Positions 28,344 to 37,023 of a DNA stretch of 64,000 bases are shown piece by piece. The stretch is from an uncultured Gammaproteobacteria bacterium. Its GTDB lineage: Bacteria; Patescibacteriota; Microgenomatia; Levybacterales; GWA1-39-11. Under the pieces are notes generated by a model. The model was given only the letters and a program-made list of their open reading frames with translations, was not told where the DNA came from and ran no database searches. The stretch covers positions 90,923 through 154,922 of the forward strand of contig CAZVGS010000002.1 of NCBI GenBank assembly GCA_964627245.1. Direction: 5' to 3'. Each line of letters starts with the position of its first letter. Within the stretch, counting starts at the first letter, position 1. Position numbers and translations under genes: made by a program.

Positions 28344-28895
28344 ATGTCAATTTATACAAAAAAAGGAGACAAGGGAAAAACGTCTTTAGGAAGCGGTGTA
28401 AAAAAGTGGAAAGATGATGTGCGCGTAGATACATACGGTACGGTTGATGAGTTAAATTCTTTACTTGGTGTTGTTTCTTCAGAGCTTAACGCTAAAAAGG
28501 CACCCGGCAGATACTTAAATAATATAATCCTAAAAATCCAGGACGACCTTTTTTCTATCGGATCCTATTTATCAAATCCTGCAAATTCTAAGCTAATTTC
28601 TCATCTATCTAATAACACTTTAGAGTTTGAAAAAGAAATTGACGGGATGACAAAAATTCTCCCTGAATTATCCAATTTTATCTTACCTGGCGGTGGAAAA
28701 GCGGGAGCACTCTTGCAGTTTGCCAGAGCAGTATCAAGAAGGTGTGAGAGAAAACTAGTCACGCTTTCCAAAGAAGAAAAAATAAATGAAGATGTCTTGC
28801 AGTATATCAACAGACTCTCAGATCTTTTTTTCACCATGAGCAGATACGCAAATTTTAAGGAAAATATAAAAGAAACAATTTGGAAAAGAAGATAA
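28344..28895 (+). CDS. pduO: ATP:cob(I)alamin adenosyltransferase, PduO type
   Basis: MSIYTKKGDKGKTSL, YGTVDELNS, FILPGG, ARAVSRRCER, YINRLSDLFF. Confidence 0.93.
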   Translation: MSIYTKKGDKGKTSLGSGVKKWKDDVRVDTYGTVDELNSLLGVVSSELNAKKAPGRYLNNIILKIQDDLFSIGSYLSNPANSKLISHLSNNTLEFEKEIDGMTKILPELSNFILPGGGKAGALLQFARAVSRRCERKLVTLSKEEKINEDVLQYINRLSDLFFTMSRYANFKENIKETIWKRR

Positions 28896-28898
28896 ATT

Positions 28899-30026
28899 AT
28901 GAGCGTCGAAGCATCAGTCCAGCAAAGGCAAAGCCTTCAATTTGATCCCGAATTTCATAGAAATGAAGCAAGGCAGATAAATTCAATAGTGTCTATCGGG
29001 GAATACCGCCAGAGAAAAGAGCAGTTTTTAGAATACATTCCATTTAATGTTGAGACGGCGCTGGGGGAACGATTTAATGTTTCATTAAGTACATACGAAT
29101 ACGACATAGATGGCGGGATAATATATGGGAAAGGCATAGATGAGCCTGCGATAAACAGTTTTAGAAGGGGCAGGGATTTTAGGCGCAAAACAGGAAATCC
29201 CATAGATCACGCACGTGAGGATGCTGAAATTGAAGGATTTGAAAAAATACAATCACACCTTACTGACCCCTCAACTAGAGTGGGTAGCATGATGCTTTCG
29301 GTTTCTCCAAAGGGTGGAGAGGGTTCTTCTTATGGCCACAATTTTTATGACATTTTTATCTTAAAGGAGACAGAAAGCGGGAAAAGATACATTGAAGCAA
29401 GACGCTATGCGTCAGGTCTTGATATCGATGAATATGCCTCGGTTCTTATGCCATTTGGAGTTGAAATTGATAAGCAAAATCCTGATGTAGGCCTTCTTAA
29501 AGACCCCATAAAAATTCCTCCGATGTTAACGCCTGATGACCTGCACAAATATTTGCATAAAGACAAAGGCTTTATGAGCGAGGAAAAATTTGCTGTTGTC
29601 AGAAAGCATACAAAAGCTTTAAGGCATGAATTTGCGCAAAGTCTGCTTGATGATCCCGACAACAATTTAGAGCACGAAAGAATATATAACGCAATACTCA
29701 ATAAGGCAGATGAAATAAGTGAGCGGGTAGGCAGGGAAGGAATTGAGATCTGGTCAAAAATTGAGCCTATTTCGACCAGATTTGCGGTAATAACAGATAT
29801 TGAGAATTATAGTAAAAAAGAAGTTAGAGAAGTTATAACCGGATGCGGTGTTTCTGCAGGGCTTGGCAATGGAAAAGAGAAAACTTCTCCTTTTAGCGTC
29901 TCGGAATTCGGGAAAAATTGGGATTATCACAAGGGAGATTGTGTGAATTGTAAGGCAAGATATACGCAAGTTGGGCCATGTAATATTTGCAAAGATTGTG
30001 AAAAAGAATTCGACAAAGAAGAATAA
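28899..30026 (+). CDS. Hypothetical protein with C-terminal Cys-rich (putative Zn-binding) tail
   Basis: 375-aa ORF 3 nt after pduO; TGCG...CVNC...PCNICKDC. Confidence 0.7.
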   Translation: MSVEASVQQRQSLQFDPEFHRNEARQINSIVSIGEYRQRKEQFLEYIPFNVETALGERFNVSLSTYEYDIDGGIIYGKGIDEPAINSFRRGRDFRRKTGNPIDHAREDAEIEGFEKIQSHLTDPSTRVGSMMLSVSPKGGEGSSYGHNFYDIFILKETESGKRYIEARRYASGLDIDEYASVLMPFGVEIDKQNPDVGLLKDPIKIPPMLTPDDLHKYLHKDKGFMSEEKFAVVRKHTKALRHEFAQSLLDDPDNNLEHERIYNAILNKADEISERVGREGIEIWSKIEPISTRFAVITDIENYSKKEVREVITGCGVSAGLGNGKEKTSPFSVSEFGKNWDYHKGDCVNCKARYTQVGPCNICKDCEKEFDKEE

Positions 30027-30056
30027 GATTGGGTGAATTTTTTGTACAATAAATTC

Positions 30057-30770
30057 ATGCTCGATTTTATTGCATCACTTTTGTATCCAAAAAAATGTAT
30101 TAAATGCAGAAAGAGCGGAGCATATATTTGCGATAGCTGCTTTTCGGCAATAAAATTTCTGGACTTTCAAACTTGTGCAGTATGCCAGAAAGGGTCAATT
30201 GACGGATTAACTCATCCCAGGTGCAGAACTGCCTACGGAATAGACGGGATAATATCATCAATTGCATATAAAGGCATTGTTAAAAAGCTGCTTTATCAAT
30301 TCAAATATTCTCCATTTTTGTCCGACCTTAAAACAATTTTAGGAAAAATATTCTATGAAGGACTTATCCAGCAGGAAGCATTTGTTAGCTTTATAACTTC
30401 CAAAAGGATTTACATAATTTCTGTTCCTCTGCATCCCATGCGTTTGAAAAAAAGAGGGTATAACCAGGCAGAACTATTAGGTAAAGAATTGTCTTCAAGT
30501 TTGAATATCAAATATATTCCTGGCGTTTTACTAAGAAAAGTTAATACAAGGCCCCAATTTGATCTAAAAAAAGGGGAGAGGGGTAAAAATATTTTGGGAG
30601 CATTTTCTATCAATCCAAAGTTTCAAAAAAGAATAAAAGGAAAAAGATTTTTGTTGGTTGATGATATTACAACAACGGGATCGACACTTCGTGAATGTTC
30701 AAAAATACTTAAAAAATCAGGAGCTGTGCGTGTGATTGGAGTTGCACTGGCGCATGAGGGATTGATGTAG
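30057..30770 (+). CDS. comF: ComF family protein (double zinc ribbon plus PRTase)
   Basis: YPKKCIKC...ICDSC, VPLH...RGYNQAELL, LLVDDITTTGSTL. Confidence 0.92.
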   Translation: MLDFIASLLYPKKCIKCRKSGAYICDSCFSAIKFLDFQTCAVCQKGSIDGLTHPRCRTAYGIDGIISSIAYKGIVKKLLYQFKYSPFLSDLKTILGKIFYEGLIQQEAFVSFITSKRIYIISVPLHPMRLKKRGYNQAELLGKELSSSLNIKYIPGVLLRKVNTRPQFDLKKGERGKNILGAFSINPKFQKRIKGKRFLLVDDITTTGSTLRECSKILKKSGAVRVIGVALAHEGLM

Positions 30771-30857
30771 TTTTGGGTCTGTCGGTAGAAGTGATGAGAT
30801 AAGGATTATTTTTGGTTAGTCTGGTATGTCTCTTTTCTCGGGAAAATTTATAATACA

Positions 30858-31046
30858 TTATATCCGATTTTGAGAATAGACGGGATGCATGTTGCGATGC
30901 ACACCCCATGTAAAAGAAAGTGTTTTTTTGTAACTAGCGGCAGTAATTGCAGATTGAGTTATTCCTATAATTTTAGCTGCTTCTACGTTTGTAAGATTAT
31001 ATGCGAAATTGGCTATAGGTATAAATCCAGCGCTTTCTTTTTCCAT
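30858..31046 (-). CDS. Small ORF with HTH-like motif just downstream of tmRNA, possibly a remnant
   Basis: LTNVEAAKIIGITQSAIT resembles an HTH; starts 15 nt after the ssrA 3' end. Confidence 0.35.
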   Translation of the reverse strand: MEKESAGFIPIANFAYNLTNVEAAKIIGITQSAITAASYKKTLSFTWGVHRNMHPVYSQNRI

Positions 31047-31061
31047 AAGCTATTAAGAGTG

Positions 31062-31451
31062 TGGAGATGGGGGGTAATGAGCCCCCGTCCAAAAATCATA
31101 TATAAAAACATCTACAAGCGTAGTCTGGGTTAAATTTCACTGTTTTATACTTCCCAAACTAAGAAAAAACAGCTAAGGTCTAATACAAAATAGCCCGACC
31201 GGCGCTATTAGGTTTTGCTAACAGGTTTATGCCCGTTTCCTCGTGCTAGCTGCGGATTGGAAACGAACAGGTCTTAGGCGAATGCCGCGTAACCTACGCC
31301 CGAATTTACATTCGGCATACGATTAGCGAAAAATCGCTTTACACCGCTAAAATTAGATTTAGCATGTATTTTTGATCCTTTTTTACGGCTTTGAATCATT
31401 GCCGGCTTGCAGTTTTTAAAGTACAATTCTTGTCGATACAATTGCATCCCC
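31062..31451 (-). ncRNA. ssrA: Transfer-messenger RNA
   Basis: 5' GGGGATG...TCGAC; 3' GGGGGCTCATTACCCCCCATCTCCA with G3.U acceptor; tag ORF 31363-31274 AKSNFSGVKRFFANRMPNVNSGVGYAAFA*; adjacent to smpB. Confidence 0.93.
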
Positions 31452-31558
31452 TCGTCAAAATCTCATCTTTTATTCGCTTTAAGTTGACTTAAAGCTTCAT
31501 TGACGATGAGCTTCTCCTCTTCCAAAATGCTAAAGCATTTTGAGTTGGAAACAAAAGT

Positions 31559-31587
31559 ATTATAGCACTTTTAGTCTATGATATCAA
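31559..31587 (-). promoter_or_regulatory. ssrA promoter
   Basis: TTGATA-17 bp-TATAAT with extended TG on the minus strand, ~100 nt upstream of mature tmRNA. Confidence 0.65.
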
Positions 31588-31633
31588 GCCTATAGCATGA
31601 TAAATGAAGCTAAAGAGCTTCAAAATATCAAGA

Positions 31634-32074
31634 TTAGAACTCGTTTTTAAGCTCACGGTCGCGGTCTCTTTGTATGGCTTGATTTTTTGCGTCTTTACGG
31701 CGTTCGTGTTCTTGTTTACCTTTTGCAAGGCCAATTTCAAGCTTAAATTTCCCATGTTTTAGATAAAGTGAGAGTGGGGCAAGGGTAAATTTACCGGTAT
31801 CAAGCTTATTTTTTATGCCCAAAAGCTCTTTTTTATGAAGTAGTAGACGACGTGTTCTATCCTCCTGATAGCCCTCAACTCTAGAGTATTTATAGGGGAA
31901 AATTTTGGCATTTATAAGATATGCCTGGTTACTCATGATTTTGACATAAGCGCTATTTATATCAACATGCCCAAGCCTAATGGCTTTGACCTCAGATCCG
32001 ATAAGCTCAATACCGGCTTCGAACTTTTCTTCTATATTGAATTTATTTGGTGCTTTCTTGTTAAATATTTTCAT
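31634..32074 (-). CDS. smpB: SsrA-binding protein
   Basis: NKKA, EAGIELIGSEVKAIR, RTRRLLLHKKE, GLAKGK. Confidence 0.96.
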   Translation of the reverse strand: MKIFNKKAPNKFNIEEKFEAGIELIGSEVKAIRLGHVDINSAYVKIMSNQAYLINAKIFPYKYSRVEGYQEDRTRRLLLHKKELLGIKNKLDTGKFTLAPLSLYLKHGKFKLEIGLAKGKQEHERRKDAKNQAIQRDRDRELKNEF

Positions 32075-32343
32075 AGTATTTTAGGAAATATAATTCATTA
32101 TATCATCATAAATATTTTTTTAGCCTCAGGAGAAAGGGAGGAGAGTGCGGTAAAAATGAGCATTTTGTCTCAAATGATATAGTTGTATATAGTTACATGT
32201 GAAAAGTAGTGTGGATAACTTTTCACAGCCCTATAGTATTGCTGGTATAACTTAGGAGTATCATTTGAGGCTAATAACCGGTTTATCGCAGAAAAACGAA
32301 AAATAATCGAAAAGGTTTTATGACTGCTAAGGCTAGATTTAGA

Positions 32344-34224
32344 TTATAGATTAAAACTATAAACAATATTTCCGCTTAATACATAACCAATTTCATTTTC
32401 TTCATCAATTGCAAATGAATTTGCATCTTCGATAAATGAGCCCTCGTATTGCGTAACATAGTCGCCCTCTCCACTTATTACCACTACCCTCTGATTTTTC
32501 ACGTCGAGAACGTATATGTTGTCAAGTTCCGGTTCTGCGTAAATCTTGGCACCCGGACCGAAGGGAGAGGCAAGGCCGGTGAGCTCAAAATCGTCTTCAG
32601 CTCCTTTAGTGAAGCTTTGGATATCACCTTTTTCGCTCAGTATATAAATAGGGCCAGCAATAGACATATCTACCGGAGTGCTCTTAAAACTTGGCTCTTT
32701 CGTAAAGTAGGTGACTCCCTCGTATGCAGGCGATCGATATTTTAGGATATCATTGTTAGTTAGTGTGTAAAGATTGCTTCCAAAAATATCAAAAGCACTA
32801 CCCTCTATGTCGTCCATCACGTCATTAATATTCCCATTACCTCGGTCAATGCTTTTGACTCCTTCACCCATGGTGTATATGTATTTATCGTCGGCGCTTA
32901 TGAAGTTGTCGGAAGAGTTAATGTCGTAGGTTTTTCCTATAGTGCCGTCATCATCGATAGTTATAACCTGCTTTCCTGTTTTATCAAGCAATAAAAGGGT
33001 TCCGCCTTTTGCTGTAATTGCCGTTATGCTTTTTATCTCACTACCCGTCTTAACAAACTCCTTGATATTTTTTGCACTCCCCCCTCCCCCAAGCCCAGAA
33101 ATTTTTTCCTGAATTTGAGATTTAAGGCCGCTTAGGTCTTTATACTCATTTGAATCTTCGCTGTATTTTTGAAGAGCAGCATCAACGTCAGCGTTAAGCT
33201 TCGAGAACTCTTCAAGTGCAAGTGTTTTGTTGAGACTTTCAAGCTCAGCAGCCTCGTCAAACCGGCTTTTGATAGGATCAAAAATTTTGGAAAATTCAGC
33301 TTCCTTTTTGGCTTCGTTAGATTTTATTGTCTGAAATGCAATTCCTCCGACAAGAACAGCAATTAGAACCAGGATTGCTCCTCCGATAAGAATTTTTTTA
33401 TTGAAAAAATTTATTTTCGGAAGTGAAAAGCTTGGCAGTCTTGATTTTTTCTCCTCGTCATAAGAAGCATCTTCATACGAGTCGTGCAACTCGGCATTAC
33501 CTGTATCCGTTTCGGCAGGAGCTTTTGTCCAGAGGTTTTCTTTTTCCGGTGAAATATCTTCCTGCTCATCTTTCTCGTCAGAAGCCATTTCCAGAGAATC
33601 TTCCATTGTTGGATCTTCAATTACTTTGTCTTCTTTAACGTCCATACTTTTGAATTGAAGTATTATCGCACCTTCGGTTCCCTTAGAATCGCCATGAATA
33701 AGAGGCGTTATTGTTTCTGCAATTTGTAAAACGTCATTCGAAGCAAGCTGCTCGGTTAATCCGTCGAGAGGCATTTTTTTGGCGAAATCACCGGTTTCAA
33801 GCAGTATGATGTCATCATGCCTTAATTTGCCTGAAAAGCCGTGAAGCTCTCCCTCAATACCGGTCGCGACTACGCCTACCTTGTCACCTCTTTTTATAAC
33901 AACCCGCCCTTCGGAAGCGATTACTATGTAAAGTATTTCTCCTACAATTGCTCCAATTATTATTGAGTATTTGTATTCGCCTTCAATGCTTTTTGTGGCA
34001 TTAGAAACTGCCTTTTTAATATTGTCTAAAGTTTTTTCGTCGAGTGCAAAAAATTCACGCTGTAATTTTTCAAGTAACTCTTTCCCAAATGGAGTAACCG
34101 GGCTCTTGCTTTCGGGCTTTTCGATGCTTAATGCCATGTAGACATTAAGAGTCGTATACGCTTGTGCCCAGGAAGTATCGGTTGCGTTAGGTACAATTTT
34201 TGATAGAAGAATGTCTTGGTTCAT
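32344..34224 (-). CDS. Bitopic membrane protein: PP2C-like N-terminal region, acidic linker, TM, extracellular beta-propeller
   Basis: GEILYIVIASEGRVVIKRG...DDIILLETGD; TM ILIGGAILVLIAVLVGGIAF; repeated IYVLD/SFAID blades. Confidence 0.65.
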   Translation of the reverse strand: MNQDILLSKIVPNATDTSWAQAYTTLNVYMALSIEKPESKSPVTPFGKELLEKLQREFFALDEKTLDNIKKAVSNATKSIEGEYKYSIIIGAIVGEILYIVIASEGRVVIKRGDKVGVVATGIEGELHGFSGKLRHDDIILLETGDFAKKMPLDGLTEQLASNDVLQIAETITPLIHGDSKGTEGAIILQFKSMDVKEDKVIEDPTMEDSLEMASDEKDEQEDISPEKENLWTKAPAETDTGNAELHDSYEDASYDEEKKSRLPSFSLPKINFFNKKILIGGAILVLIAVLVGGIAFQTIKSNEAKKEAEFSKIFDPIKSRFDEAAELESLNKTLALEEFSKLNADVDAALQKYSEDSNEYKDLSGLKSQIQEKISGLGGGGSAKNIKEFVKTGSEIKSITAITAKGGTLLLLDKTGKQVITIDDDGTIGKTYDINSSDNFISADDKYIYTMGEGVKSIDRGNGNINDVMDDIEGSAFDIFGSNLYTLTNNDILKYRSPAYEGVTYFTKEPSFKSTPVDMSIAGPIYILSEKGDIQSFTKGAEDDFELTGLASPFGPGAKIYAEPELDNIYVLDVKNQRVVVISGEGDYVTQYEGSFIEDANSFAIDEENEIGYVLSGNIVYSFNL

Positions 34225-34230
34225 AAAAAG

Positions 34231-34467
34231 TTAAAGCGAAAAAACTACAAGTAATAATAGTATAAAGGAAATTAAAGAATGAATCACGGCAACTGATTGA
34301 AAGACAGGCGCAAAAGTCGCAAGATTCATAAGTCTGTTATAAGAAAAAATCTGAAAAGCAAGCATTAATGCATAAAAATTATAAATTATTAAGCTCACCA
34401 AGAGAACAGCCCTCGTAAACGAGTCTGTATTTTGGAAAAAGCTAATAGTTGTTTCTATAATATTCAT
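34231..34467 (-). CDS. Small two-TM protein (DUF5657-like)
   Basis: 78 aa, two TMs, ATGA overlap with the upstream gene. Confidence 0.6.
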   Translation of the reverse strand: MNIIETTISFFQNTDSFTRAVLLVSLIIYNFYALMLAFQIFSYNRLMNLATFAPVFQSVAVIHSLISFILLLLVVFSL

Positions 34468-35105
34468 TTTGTTCCTAGAAGTCCTACAATGATTTGTGCT
34501 ATTTTTGCTGGTCTTGGAGCCTTGTCGAATTCAATGTTTGGCTTGGTACCCGCAGTCTGGATTGTGACCTCTCCGTAGTTAAATAATGAGCGGATAAATC
34601 CAATTTGAGAATGATTGACGTCTTGAATGAACTCATTGTTGGTTTCTGAAACATCTTTTAACAATATTCCATGAATATCAATATCTCTTATACGCAAGTT
34701 GGTGAGAATGCCTACATGAAAATACCAAAGCGTGAATCTTAGAAGTACAAAACCAAAAACCATTAAATAAAAGAATAGAGCAATAAGCATGCCGGTTTGG
34801 GGGTTGGGAGGGGTGAATGGAAAAAACATGATAACTAGCGGAAGAAGGGTTATGGGAATAAGTCCAAGAAGAATCGCTGATAAAATCCAAGGGACGTTGG
34901 TTATGAAGTGACGTCTTACAATGAGAATAATTTCCTCATTTGGCTTTTGGTCAGCAAATGTAATATTTTTAGGATGCTCAAGAAAAGAGGAGTAAAAGTG
35001 TGGGCTAATTTTAGAATGGCTGTGTGAAATTTTCGAATCACTCACGCTTCTCTCTTCTTGCTCGTCTTTTGCAGTTAAAATAAATTCTCCTCTGATATCA
35101 CTCAT
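34464..35105 (-). CDS. Membrane protein with bacterial PH domain
   Basis: EEIILIVRRHF, two TMs, ILTNLRIRDID, IQDV...FNYGEVTIQTAG. Confidence 0.8.
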   Translation of the reverse strand: MSDIRGEFILTAKDEQEERSVSDSKISHSHSKISPHFYSSFLEHPKNITFADQKPNEEIILIVRRHFITNVPWILSAILLGLIPITLLPLVIMFFPFTPPNPQTGMLIALFFYLMVFGFVLLRFTLWYFHVGILTNLRIRDIDIHGILLKDVSETNNEFIQDVNHSQIGFIRSLFNYGEVTIQTAGTKPNIEFDKAPRPAKIAQIIVGLLGTK

Positions 35106-35152
35106 TGTAATTGGAATTATACGCCTAATAAGTATCTAAGTTCAAATTGCAC

Positions 35153-36868
35153 CTACTTTTTCTCAACATTAAAGAACGCGAATCCGCTTTGAGGTATAGA
35201 AAGGTAGCCAGGAGCCCTTAAATTAAAAGCTTTTTTGAACTCATCACCGCTGAAAGAAATGCCATTAACTGTAACATTTGTAGTTGATCCATTATTGCTT
35301 TGTGAAACCGAAACGCTTGACGCCTGAGATATTCCGCCGTTTGATGATACAAGGTTTCTTAATTCATCTCTGCTGTATGGGTTTCCTCCCCAGCATTCTG
35401 TTGTCGTGGGAGTTATACGTCCGGTATCGATGCCATCGGTTCTTAGGGCAATTGCCGCATTAACAATATCTGCCATTTCCTCAGGGGAAAGCCACGGATT
35501 TGATCTGCCGCATTTATTTGATGATGGGCTATAACCTTGTGTGTACCAAGCCTTGTACAGCCAAGGGGAACCGCCAATTTTATCATACGCATTATCAATA
35601 AAATTACCCCCCCCACTGCCATTTGTGGTATCCCAGCCGATAGGACTTGCATAGCCTCCATGGGTTGAAGCATAGTAAGTTACTACATCTTCCAAGACTT
35701 GTCCGCGGGTTTGTTCAACTGCTTGTTTCCACGCATCAGGTGGGTTGTCTGCTTTGCCCGAGTTAAAAACCTGACAAGCTTCAGTTGTACAGATCTCCTT
35801 GTTTTCAGCCTTATATCTATATGCATATGTTCTTGCAGCGACTGCTTGTGCTTTTAATGCTTCCGGATGCCAAGACGACGGCATTTCAGCGATACCAAGC
35901 AGATATCTTCCCTCAAAATCTATTTCGCCATGACCCGCTACGCGTATGTTGCCATTGGTATCTTTATTAACAGGCTCCTTCCCATAATAAGCATTTAAGA
36001 TCTGTCTGTAGTTTTGTCCGTTTTGCGCTCTTCCGCGGGCACCATATTGGCTCATGCCTTTTCTGTGGGTATGAGCGCCAAATGAAAACACGGCGAAATA
36101 ACCGGAAGGCGCAGATTCACGAAATCCATTTATTGACGCGTTATAATCATCAGCTAAATTACTATCCCCAATCGTAGCCGTAAATCCTCCAGATCTTGCA
36201 TTAATAATCTCTGTCTGGCGCGCTGTAAGAGTTGCAATTTGTCCTGAAAGGTCTGCTTGGTATGCTTTTGCTCCATCAACGACTTTTTGCACTTCAGACC
36301 TTTGAGTGCCAAGTGTCTTCATTGCAGAAGCAAGTCTTTTTTGTTCGTTTTCTAGTCTGGTTTTTTTTCCTTCAAGGTCTACTATTTGAAGGGCAATGTT
36401 TGTAATGGTTTCTTTATCTCTTTTGGTGTATCTTTCGTGATATGTTAAAAGCTTGGTTACATCACCTGCATCTTCGCCCGACAAAAATATGATAAGGGGT
36501 GTAAAACCGTAGCTGTTAATATAGCTATTCCTTACAGTGAAATTGAATATTTCCTGATTCTCGGATAAATTTTCATATCCTTTCTCAATTTCAATTTTTC
36601 TCTTGGCAATATCCGATTCTATAAGTCCAACTTGAAAATCTATATTATCAAGTTGTTTTTTTAGATTTGTCAGCTGGCCTTCTAAGGGTTTTGTAGCGTT
36701 TTGGGATGAGGTTAAGGCACTTTGAAGTTCTTGTATTTGCTTGTTAAGATCGTCCAATTCGTCAGAATAAGCGCTTTTATAAAAGAAGTTGCCGCTAAAT
36801 AGAAATGTTAGCAAAAATAAAATAATTAGTAATTTTTTGGCTCCGGATTTTTTGTAAAGAAATTTCAT
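35153..36868 (-). CDS. Secreted coiled-coil plus SpoIID/LytB peptidoglycan lytic domain
   Basis: Signal peptide, long coiled coil, HRKGMSQYGA, YLLGIAEMPSSWHPEALKAQAVAARTYA, CTTEACQVF. Confidence 0.85.
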   Translation of the reverse strand: MKFLYKKSGAKKLLIILFLLTFLFSGNFFYKSAYSDELDDLNKQIQELQSALTSSQNATKPLEGQLTNLKKQLDNIDFQVGLIESDIAKRKIEIEKGYENLSENQEIFNFTVRNSYINSYGFTPLIIFLSGEDAGDVTKLLTYHERYTKRDKETITNIALQIVDLEGKKTRLENEQKRLASAMKTLGTQRSEVQKVVDGAKAYQADLSGQIATLTARQTEIINARSGGFTATIGDSNLADDYNASINGFRESAPSGYFAVFSFGAHTHRKGMSQYGARGRAQNGQNYRQILNAYYGKEPVNKDTNGNIRVAGHGEIDFEGRYLLGIAEMPSSWHPEALKAQAVAARTYAYRYKAENKEICTTEACQVFNSGKADNPPDAWKQAVEQTRGQVLEDVVTYYASTHGGYASPIGWDTTNGSGGGNFIDNAYDKIGGSPWLYKAWYTQGYSPSSNKCGRSNPWLSPEEMADIVNAAIALRTDGIDTGRITPTTTECWGGNPYSRDELRNLVSSNGGISQASSVSVSQSNNGSTTNVTVNGISFSGDEFKKAFNLRAPGYLSIPQSGFAFFNVEKK

Positions 36869-36930
36869 GTTTGAAAGTTAGGTTCAATTATGTCAATGCT
36901 AATGTTATAATAAGTTCTTGATCGACAAGT

Positions 36931-37002
36931 GGGCATGTAGCTCAGGGGTAGAGCGCTACTCTTATAAAGTAGATGTCCTTGGTTCAATTCCAAGCATGCC
37001 CA
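36931..37002 (+). tRNA. tRNA-Ile (anticodon UAU)
   Basis: GGGCATG/CATGCCC acceptor, discriminator A, anticodon arm CTACT-CTTATAA-AGTAG, T arm CTTGG-TTCAATT-CCAAG; CCA not encoded. Confidence 0.9.
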
Positions 37003-37023
37003 CTCATTATAGCTTTTTCCCCT

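Noticed and set aside
30870-31133. 87-aa plus-strand ORF
   Set aside because: Antisense overlap with the tmRNA 3' end; no protein-like features
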